Assembly: GCA_902497095.1 (NCBI GenBank) | Contig: CABVDD010000001.1 | Coordinates: 54,311-118,310 of the forward strand | Direction of reading: 5' to 3' | Length of the DNA stretch: 64,000 nucleotides | DNA from: an uncultured Faecalicoccus sp. | GTDB lineage: Bacteria; Bacillota_I; Bacilli_A; Erysipelotrichales; Erysipelotrichaceae | Part shown: positions 1 to 7,308 of the stretch, one piece after another | Position numbering within the stretch: position 1 is the first letter of the stretch | How the letters are laid out: every line of letters begins with the position of its first letter | Translations under genes and position numbers: made by a program | Notes under the pieces: model-generated | The model's input: the letters and a program-made list of their open reading frames with translations, nothing else | What the model was told of the DNA's origin: nothing | Databases searched by the model: none

Positions 1-34
1 CAATGAATTGAAATAAAAAGTATATTCACAAATT

Positions 35-77
35 GACTGTATAGAGTATTTAAAATCTATACAGTCTTTCTCTTTTT
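35..77 (+). terminator. Rho-independent terminator of the gene lying upstream of the window
   Basis: Perfect 10-bp stem GACTGTATAG (35-44) / CTATACAGTC (57-66), 12-nt loop, T-rich tail 67-77. Confidence 0.7.
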
Positions 78-96
78 CAGGTGTATAATTTAAATT

Positions 97-1461
97 ATGA
101 AAAATAGACAAGTTGATTTCTCGAATGGAAGAATTTTGGAAAATATTGTAATGTGTGCTGCTCCTATGTTAGTGGCACAGCTTTTAAACTTGATGTATAA
201 CATCGTGGATCGTATCTACATAGGTAAGATCGAAGGAATTGGTGTAGTCGCTTTGGGTGGTGTAGGACTTTGTTTTCCTATCATTTCATTGATTACAGCC
301 TTTACCAATCTGTTTGGGGCAGGTGGAGCTCCTTTATGTTCGATAGAACGAGGAAAAAGAAATATAGAAAAAGCTTCTCGCATTATGAATATTTCTTTTT
401 ATATGTTGATTTTTACAGCTATCGTATTAACAATTTTAGGAATCCTTTTCAGTAAGCCCTTATTATATATATTTGGCGCCAGCAACACGACGATTCAATA
501 CGCTTTGCCATATATGCGAATTTATTTTATGGGTACAATTTTTTCTATGATTGCCTTAGGCATGAATCCTTTTATCAATGCACAAGGCTTTGCCAGTACT
601 GGCATGATGACAATTTTTATTGGTGCCATTACGAATATTATCTTGGATCCTATCTTTATTTTTGGCTTTGGTCTAGGGGTGGAAGGTGCAGCTATTGCGA
701 CTGTTTTATCACAAATTATCTCTGCCATTTTTGTTCTTCGATTTTTGATGAGCAATACACCCGAATTAAAGCTGCATCGTTTAAAAGAAGTAGAGTTTCA
801 ATGGAAAGAAATGAAAGATGTGATCAGTCTAGGATCTTCCAGCTTTGTGATGCAGTGTACAAATGGCCTGGTGCAGATTGCCTGCAACAGCATGCTTTCG
901 CAAGTTGGATCTGACCTTTACATTTCCTGCATGACTGTCATTAATTCCGTTCGTCAGATATTAGAAGTGCCAGTACTTGCCATAGGCGATGGTGCAAGTC
1001 CGATACTTAGTTATAATTATGGAGCTGGAAATGATAAAGGCGTTAAAAAAGCCATTCGAATCATAACTTTTGCAGGAGTTGTCTATACTCTTATCGCCTG
1101 GTTATTTATCATCTTATTTCCACAGTTTTTTATTCACATTTTTAATAGTGAACCAGATCTTTTGCAAATTGCCATACCGGCGATGCATGTTTATTTCTTT
1201 GCCTTTGTATTTCAAGCTTTCCAATATTGCGGACAAACTGTATTTAAATCACTAAATAAAAAGAAACAAGCTATTTTCTTTTCACTTTTAAGAAAAGTAG
1301 TGATCGTAGTACCTTTGACTTTTATATTACCTCATATAGGCTTTGGAGCAATGGGTGTGTTTATGGCAGAACCAATATCCAATTTTATTGGTGGATCGAT
1401 CTGCTTTATGACAATGTTAGTAACGGTTTATTTTAAAATGGGAGTGCAAAATAAAATGTAA
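97..1461 (+). CDS. MATE family multidrug/toxic-compound efflux transporter
   Basis: 454-aa polytopic hydrophobic ORF. N-terminal pattern GRILENIVMCAAPMLVAQLLNLMYNIVDRIYIG and overall length are typical of MATE exporters. No Shine-Dalgarno upstream (see finding). Confidence 0.8.
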   Translation: MKNRQVDFSNGRILENIVMCAAPMLVAQLLNLMYNIVDRIYIGKIEGIGVVALGGVGLCFPIISLITAFTNLFGAGGAPLCSIERGKRNIEKASRIMNISFYMLIFTAIVLTILGILFSKPLLYIFGASNTTIQYALPYMRIYFMGTIFSMIALGMNPFINAQGFASTGMMTIFIGAITNIILDPIFIFGFGLGVEGAAIATVLSQIISAIFVLRFLMSNTPELKLHRLKEVEFQWKEMKDVISLGSSSFVMQCTNGLVQIACNSMLSQVGSDLYISCMTVINSVRQILEVPVLAIGDGASPILSYNYGAGNDKGVKKAIRIITFAGVVYTLIAWLFIILFPQFFIHIFNSEPDLLQIAIPAMHVYFFAFVFQAFQYCGQTVFKSLNKKKQAIFFSLLRKVVIVVPLTFILPHIGFGAMGVFMAEPISNFIGGSICFMTMLVTVYFKMGVQNKM

Positions 1462-1519
1462 TAATATATAGTGTATTCATAGGAATTGTGAATGAGTTAT
1501 AAAAGAGGATAAAGATAGA

Positions 1520-1972
1520 ATGCAGGAACTAGAAATGATAAATGATAATATATTTTATGTTTGTTCACTTATTGAATTTATTGGGCGAAAAACTAAAAAT
1601 CATAGAGGGGACATAGTTTCTAAACTTACAAATAAACAATTGATGAATGAATTAGAAGATGCTGCTGTTAATCATTCTTTATCATTTGAACAAGTTAGTG
1701 ACGAATGGATAGAGAAGTATAAAATTAGAATGGGTACTTATGATACAATTACCAATTGTAGTTTTAAAATTCCTAGTTATACTTCTATAGGAAAAGTGTA
1801 TTCCACTCTAATCTTATCAGTAGACAAAGAAAATAATTCTTTAATTCAGTCTATACGTGATGTGTTTTCTTCATTCATTATAGATGAAATTACGTATTTT
1901 GAATCTAGTGTATATTACAGTAATCCAAGTTATTTGTACTGGTCTTATAAAGAAGGAAAACTGCTTGATTGA
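1520..1972 (+). CDS. Hypothetical 150-aa protein, no family recognised; 5' partner of the Fic gene
   Basis: Uninterrupted ORF with SD-like AGAGGA (1504-1509). Its stop TGA (1970-1972) overlaps the possible TTG start of the next gene. No TM segment or signal peptide is visible. Confidence 0.55.
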   Translation: MQELEMINDNIFYVCSLIEFIGRKTKNHRGDIVSKLTNKQLMNELEDAAVNHSLSFEQVSDEWIEKYKIRMGTYDTITNCSFKIPSYTSIGKVYSTLILSVDKENNSLIQSIRDVFSSFIIDEITYFESSVYYSNPSYLYWSYKEGKLLD

Positions 1973-1983
1973 AAGAATACAAA

Positions 1984-2604
1984 ATGACATTAAAGAATAA
2001 ATTAAATATTACAAATTCTTTGAGCCTGGCACATGCAGAAGAAAAAATAAGTAAAAAGAAAGCAGTGCAACTTTTTGATTTAGGCTTACTTGAAACGATA
2101 GAAGCAGGTACTTTTAAAGGCCTTGCGTATATTCATAAGTTTCTTTTTGAAGATATTTACGATTTTGCGGGAAAAATAAGAGATGAGAATATCGCAAAAG
2201 GATCGTTTCGTTTTGCCTCGGTGATGTACTTGAAGGAAACTTTAGAAAATATAAGTAAAAGGCCACAATCAAATTTTGATGAAATCATTGAAAAATATGT
2301 AGAAATGAATATAGCCCATCCTTTTAGAGAAGGCAATGGTAGAAGTATGCGAATCTGGCTGGATATTATACTTAAAAAAGAATTGAATCAGGTTATTGAC
2401 TGGAGCAAAGTGAATCAAGAAGATTATTTGTTTGCGATCGAAAGAAGTCCAGTTCGGGATATGGAAATTAAGATGCTTTTGAAAGAGGCTTTAACAAAAC
2501 AAGTTGATAATCGTGAAGTTTTTATGAAGGGAATCGATACAAGTTATGCTTATGAAGGGTATAATACCTTCAAGGCACAAGAATTATCACCTGAAAAGAA
2601 ATAG
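1984..2604 (+). CDS. fic: Fic family protein adenylyltransferase (AMPylase), class III with C-terminal auto-inhibitory helix
   Basis: Canonical Fic motif HPFREGNGRSMR (nt 2317-2352). Inhibitory motif (S/T)xxxE(G/N) is present as SYAYEG near the C-terminus (nt 2542-2559). ATG 1984 is preferred; TTG 1969 is an alternative start. Confidence 0.85.
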   Translation: MTLKNKLNITNSLSLAHAEEKISKKKAVQLFDLGLLETIEAGTFKGLAYIHKFLFEDIYDFAGKIRDENIAKGSFRFASVMYLKETLENISKRPQSNFDEIIEKYVEMNIAHPFREGNGRSMRIWLDIILKKELNQVIDWSKVNQEDYLFAIERSPVRDMEIKMLLKEALTKQVDNREVFMKGIDTSYAYEGYNTFKAQELSPEKK

Positions 2605-2670
2605 AATCTTATATTGCTTGGAAACAGCATAAGGAATGGATAAGCTCCTGAAATTAGAGACTATTCTCTT

Positions 2671-3027
2671 ATGGCATTTACTGTAAATAAAGGAGTTAGC
2701 CCGAAAGGAAAACAATATGACAGAGAAGTCCTTGTTAAAGATGCTAAAAATAAGCATTACAGGGAAACCAAATTAGGAAACTTTATTTATAGTTTCAACA
2801 ATTTAGAAACAGGATCTATAGAACTAAATAGGTTTGGAAAAATTTGTATTTTTTCAATTTATAGCGTATTTAAATCTATTGGGATTGCTGAATCAGATTT
2901 TATAGGAAGAAGATTTGCTCGAAAAGATTTTAAATGGAGACAAGGTGTTGTCTATGGACAATGGCGAATGTACGAATCAGATTTTTTGGGAATTGAAGTT
3001 GCTGTTGCAATTTTAAAAGAGCTATAA
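2671..3027 (+). pseudogene. Remnant of a type I restriction-modification specificity subunit (HsdS), single partial target-recognition domain
   Basis: The 118-aa ORF resembles an HsdS TRD core (KLGNFIYSF..GSIEL..FSIYSVFKS..AESDFIGRRF....ESDFLGIEV.VAILKE). It is about a quarter of normal HsdS length and lacks the conserved central and C-terminal helices. No hsdM or hsdR nearby. Confidence 0.5.
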
Positions 3028-3110
3028 GATGTATTGGAATACTACATCAATAACAGCTGTGCATTCAAGCTGCCAAGAGAACGCTGTGATATAATGGAAT
3101 CAAAGAAAGA

Positions 3111-4262
3111 ATGGTTATGAAAAAGAAACAAATAATAATTGGGAGTGTATCTTTAATTCTGGTGCTTAGTATTGGTGTAGGTATTTGGTTTTTTAATCAG
3201 CCGTGTACTATTCATCAGAATTTTAATTTTGAATATGGAGAATCAATTTCAATCTCACAAGAAGATATTTTTTCTAAAGAGGATTTAAAACGCATAAAAG
3301 ATTTTAAAATAGATTTATCGGACATCAAAAATGAAAAAGATAAAGAGTATCCAAAAGTAGGCGATTATGAATGTAAAGTGACATACTCTACAGGATTTAT
3401 CCCACATACGGGTTTGATTCAGATTCAAGTAAAAGATACGGCAAAACCAGAGTTTACAAAATTTTCCGATATGATAGAGATCCCATTAGGCTCTAATCAA
3501 AATTTTGATTTTTCAAGTTATTTTGTTGTGGAAGATTTAAGTAAGGCATCTATTCAATACAAAACAGATGAAGTTGATTTTTCAACGCCGGGAGACTATA
3601 AGATGATAGTTGTCGCATCGGATATTTATAAAAACAATTTGGAAAAAGAATGTACTGTAAGAATTCAAAACGAAAATGTATCAGCTGTATCTAATTCGTC
3701 ACAAAATAAAGATTTAGAAAATGAGGAAAATCAATCTATTGGATCAGGGCCATATTATTATCAGGGGATTATGGTGGTCAATAAAAAACATGGCTTACCG
3801 GCCAATTATGCACCGCAAGAAAATCCAGAAGCAGGGGCAAAGATTCGACAGTTAATAGCAGATATGCAAAGTCAAGGTTATGCGATTAGTAGTTATTACA
3901 GTGGCTATAGAAGTTATAATTATCAGGCTTCTTTATATAATAATTACGTCAATAGTTATGGACAAACACAAGCTGATCGTTTTTCCGCTAGACCTGGCTA
4001 TTCGGAACATCAGACTGGATTAGCATTTGATTTAAAACACAGTAATGGAACTTTAGTAGAGACTACACCCGAAGTAAATTGGATTGCGGCACATGCCCAT
4101 GAATATGGTTTTATAGTTCGTTATCCTTCTGGAAAAGAATCTGTAACAGGATATATGGCAGAGCCATGGCATTTAAGATATATAGGTGATCAAGCATCTG
4201 CGATATATGCTTCCGGATTGACCTTAGAAGAATATTTAAGGATTTCAGGCGGTGATTATTAA
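3111..4262 (+). CDS. Membrane-anchored D-alanyl-D-alanine carboxypeptidase, M15B/VanY family, with N-terminal Ig-like domain
   Basis: N-terminal TM helix. C-terminal VanY-type motifs SGYRSY, RPGYSEHQTGLAFD and EPWHLRY. The middle domain is related to ORF 28738-29268. Confidence 0.8.
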   Translation: MVMKKKQIIIGSVSLILVLSIGVGIWFFNQPCTIHQNFNFEYGESISISQEDIFSKEDLKRIKDFKIDLSDIKNEKDKEYPKVGDYECKVTYSTGFIPHTGLIQIQVKDTAKPEFTKFSDMIEIPLGSNQNFDFSSYFVVEDLSKASIQYKTDEVDFSTPGDYKMIVVASDIYKNNLEKECTVRIQNENVSAVSNSSQNKDLENEENQSIGSGPYYYQGIMVVNKKHGLPANYAPQENPEAGAKIRQLIADMQSQGYAISSYYSGYRSYNYQASLYNNYVNSYGQTQADRFSARPGYSEHQTGLAFDLKHSNGTLVETTPEVNWIAAHAHEYGFIVRYPSGKESVTGYMAEPWHLRYIGDQASAIYASGLTLEEYLRISGGDY

Positions 4263-4307
4263 TAATATTACACATTTGATTGAAAATAGATGAGATACCA
4301 TTTCTTT

Positions 4308-4325
4308 TTGTTACCGCTTTCAAAG
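4308..4325. promoter_or_regulatory. Candidate Rex operator overlapping the gldA promoter
   Basis: TTGTTAC-CGCT-TTCAAAG versus Rex consensus TTGTGAA-N4-TTCACAA (about 11/14 half-site matches). Lies just upstream of an extended -10 TGaTAAAAT (4337-4345). Confidence 0.3.
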
Positions 4326-4365
4326 TTTTTTAAATCTGATAAAATGAGATTAGGAGGTCTTTATA

Positions 4366-5463
4366 ATGACAAAAATCTTATTTAGTCCCGGTAAATATAT
4401 TCAAGGTCCGGGAGAAATCAAAAACGTTGGAAAATATGCAGCTGGTTTAGGTAAAAAAGCTTTGATCTTAATCAGTGCAGGCGGTTTTAGAAGAAATGGG
4501 CAAGATATTCTGGATGGTTTTGAAACAGAAGATTGTATTTGCGAATTTGAAATGTTCAATGGAGAATGCTCATATAATGAAATTCAAAGAATTCAAGCCA
4601 TTGTTCAACAAAAACAATGTGATTTAGTGATTGGTGTTGGTGGAGGAAAAATATTTGATACAGCCAAGGCGGTTGCGTATTATGAGAAAACACCAGTCAT
4701 CATTTGTCCGACCATTGCCAGTACAGATGCGCCTTGCAGTGCCTTATCTGTTATTTATACCGATGAAGGCATCTTTCAAGAATACTTGTTCTTACCATCA
4801 AATCCAAATATTGTACTTCTAGATACAGAAATCATTGCCAAATCTCCGGTTCGTTTGACGATGGCTGGTATCGGAGATGCCTTGGCTACTTATTTTGAAG
4901 CCAGAGCTTGTGTTGAAAGTGAAGCGACAACTTGTGCAAATGGCAAGGCAACTAATGCAGCCTATGCTTTGGCAAAGCTTTGTTTTGATACCCTGATGGA
5001 AGAAGGTTATAAAGCTAAAGTAGCTTTAGAAGCAGGAGCGCTTACCCCAGCAGTAGAAAAGATCGTAGAAGCCAATACATTATTATCAGGAATTGGTTTT
5101 GAATCTTGTGGTCTGGCTGGAGCACATGCGATTCATAATGGATTAACTGTTTTAGAAGAATGTCATTCCATGTATCATGGAGAAAAAGTGGCGTTTGGAA
5201 CCATCGTTCAGTTGGTATTGGAAAATGTGCCTTTGGATGAATTGGAAGATATTATTGAATTCTGTATCAGTGTAGGTTTACCGGTTACTTTGGAACAGTT
5301 GGGTGTAACAGAGATTACTGAAGATAAGATTCGTGCAGTTGCCAAAGCTGCTGCAGCCGAAAATGATACCCTTCATAATATGCCATTTGAAGTAACAGAA
5401 GAATCCACATACAATGCGATTTTGGCAGCCAATGCTTATGGTCACCAATATTTAGGAAATTAA
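4366..5463 (+). CDS. gldA: Glycerol dehydrogenase (family III metal-dependent polyol dehydrogenase)
   Basis: 365 aa. GVGGGKIFDTAKA nucleotide-binding motif and His-rich metal site HAIHNG...HGEKVAFG. Strong SD AGGAGG at 4351-4356. Confidence 0.85.
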   Translation: MTKILFSPGKYIQGPGEIKNVGKYAAGLGKKALILISAGGFRRNGQDILDGFETEDCICEFEMFNGECSYNEIQRIQAIVQQKQCDLVIGVGGGKIFDTAKAVAYYEKTPVIICPTIASTDAPCSALSVIYTDEGIFQEYLFLPSNPNIVLLDTEIIAKSPVRLTMAGIGDALATYFEARACVESEATTCANGKATNAAYALAKLCFDTLMEEGYKAKVALEAGALTPAVEKIVEANTLLSGIGFESCGLAGAHAIHNGLTVLEECHSMYHGEKVAFGTIVQLVLENVPLDELEDIIEFCISVGLPVTLEQLGVTEITEDKIRAVAKAAAAENDTLHNMPFEVTEESTYNAILAANAYGHQYLGN

Positions 5464-5477
5464 GAGCAGAAACAATA

Positions 5478-5512
5478 GTAGGATATGCAAGCTTGCGTAT
5501 CCTGCTTTTTTT
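5478..5512 (+). terminator. Rho-independent terminator after gldA
   Basis: Stem AGGATATGCAAG / CTTGCGTATCCT (one G-U pair) followed by a T7 run. Confidence 0.75.
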
Positions 5513-5544
5513 CTGTGATACAATGAGAAAAAAGGAGATTTACG

Positions 5545-6711
5545 ATGAATAATTTTGAATTTTATTCTCCGACACGTATTCTTTTTGGAAAAGGTAGTAT
5601 GAAAAAGATTCATACTTATGTTCCACAGATTGGGAAAAGAATCTTGTTGGTGTATGGAAAAGGAAGCATCAAAAGAAATGGTATTTATGAAACAGTGATG
5701 CAGGAATTATCAGAGTGTACGGTATTTGAACTGTCTGGAGTAGAACCAAATCCAAAAATTGAGTCAGTCATACAAGGAGCTGATTTATGTAAAGAACATC
5801 AAATTGAACTTGTTGTGGCGATTGGGGGAGGAAGTACATTTGATTGTGCAAAAGCAATCGCGGCTGCTACATTTTATGATAAAGATCCTTGGGATTTGGT
5901 GATTGGAAAAGCTAAAGTGCAACGTGCTTTGCCGGTTGTCTGTGTTGTTACAATGAGCGCTACAGGATCAGAGATGAATAATGTGGCGGTGATTTCCAAT
6001 ATGAAAACGCATCAAAAAATAGGTTTACATGATGATCTTTTATGTCCTGTGCTTTCTATTTTGGATCCAGAAAATCTATACAGCGTACCACCGATGCAGA
6101 CAGCGGCTGGTACAGCCGATATTCTTTCTCATCTTTGGGAACAATTTTTTACCAATGTAGAGGATGCTTATGTCCAAGATGGTTTAGCCATTGGGGCTAT
6201 GAAAGCATGTATACATTATGGACCGATTGCCATACAAGAGCCTACAAATTACAGTGCCAGAGCTAATTTGATGTGGGCAGCTCCCATGGCTTTAAATGGT
6301 TTGTTGAAGACGGGCTATTCCATGACTTGGTCTTGTCATGGAATGGAACATGTGTTAAGTGCTTATTATGATATTACACATGGTGTAGGCTTGGCTATAA
6401 TAACGCCTCGTTGGATGCGTTATGTATTAGATGAGACGACAGTGTCTCGCTTTAAAAAGTACGGAATTGAAGTTTGGGGCTTGGATGCTTCCAAAGATGA
6501 ATTCTGGATTGCGAATAAGGCGATAGAAAAAACGGAAAACTTTTTGTACAAGACATTAGGTTTACCTTCTACTTTACAAGAGGTTGGAATTGATGATTCG
6601 AAGCTAGATGAAATGGCAGATAGTTGCATAAGAGATAAAGGTGGAAAAATTAAAGGATTTAAAACTTTATATAAAGAGGATGTCTTACAGATCTTTAAAA
6701 ATAGTTTATAA
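5545..6711 (+). CDS. Iron-containing alcohol dehydrogenase (BdhA/YqhD-like)
   Basis: 388 aa. GGGSTFDCAKA motif, conserved His cluster (HGMEHVLSAYYDITHG). SD AAGGAG upstream. Confidence 0.85.
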   Translation: MNNFEFYSPTRILFGKGSMKKIHTYVPQIGKRILLVYGKGSIKRNGIYETVMQELSECTVFELSGVEPNPKIESVIQGADLCKEHQIELVVAIGGGSTFDCAKAIAAATFYDKDPWDLVIGKAKVQRALPVVCVVTMSATGSEMNNVAVISNMKTHQKIGLHDDLLCPVLSILDPENLYSVPPMQTAAGTADILSHLWEQFFTNVEDAYVQDGLAIGAMKACIHYGPIAIQEPTNYSARANLMWAAPMALNGLLKTGYSMTWSCHGMEHVLSAYYDITHGVGLAIITPRWMRYVLDETTVSRFKKYGIEVWGLDASKDEFWIANKAIEKTENFLYKTLGLPSTLQEVGIDDSKLDEMADSCIRDKGGKIKGFKTLYKEDVLQIFKNSL

Positions 6712-6750
6712 AAAAAGAAGTTATTCTAAATACAGGATAACTTCTTTTTC
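6709..6750. terminator. Bidirectional terminator shared by the convergent adh and nrdG genes
   Basis: Stem AGAAGTTAT (6716-6724) / ATAACTTCT (6737-6745) flanked by an A-run and a T-run. Overlaps the nrdG stop. Confidence 0.6.
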
Positions 6751-7242
6751 TTGTAAGCTCTTTTTTAAATCAATAACTCTTTGATTTTCACTGCCACGAA
6801 AAGCCAAAGAAATGTTTTTGAGTTCTTGTTTAAAAGGTCCGTCTACCAAGACATCAATATAAGAAAGCATTTCATCTGTAACTTCACAATGTTTTCGGCC
6901 GCCTTCTAAAAGATCTTGGTCTAATACAAATCCGGTATAGGACCAAATATCTTTTTCAGGATACTTTTCTTTTACTTTTTTGACCAGATGAACCAATTCT
7001 CTTTGGTTTTCAGGCTCAAAGGGTTCACCGCCTAACAGGGTCAAACCTTGGATATAGTCGGGTTTTAATGCTTCTAAAATTTCTTGTTCTGTTTGACTTG
7101 TATAAGGTTGTCCATAATCAAAATCCCATGTTTCTGGTTGAAAACAACCAGGACACTTGTTGGTACATCCTGAAACGAATAAAGTTACGCGAACTCCTTG
7201 ACCATCGGCAATGTCGTAGTATTTTATATTTCCGTAGTTCAT
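6721..7242 (-). CDS. nrdG: Anaerobic ribonucleoside-triphosphate reductase activating protein (radical SAM)
   Basis: 173 aa, radical-SAM cluster motif CTNKCPGC, located immediately downstream of nrdD. Confidence 0.9.
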   Translation of the reverse strand: MNYGNIKYYDIADGQGVRVTLFVSGCTNKCPGCFQPETWDFDYGQPYTSQTEQEILEALKPDYIQGLTLLGGEPFEPENQRELVHLVKKVKEKYPEKDIWSYTGFVLDQDLLEGGRKHCEVTDEMLSYIDVLVDGPFKQELKNISLAFRGSENQRVIDLKKSLQEKEVILYLE

Positions 7243-7308
7243 ATTTCTACCTCTTTTGATTTTATTATAAAGGATAATAGATAAAAAAAGAGAGTTTTCT
7301 CTCTTTTT

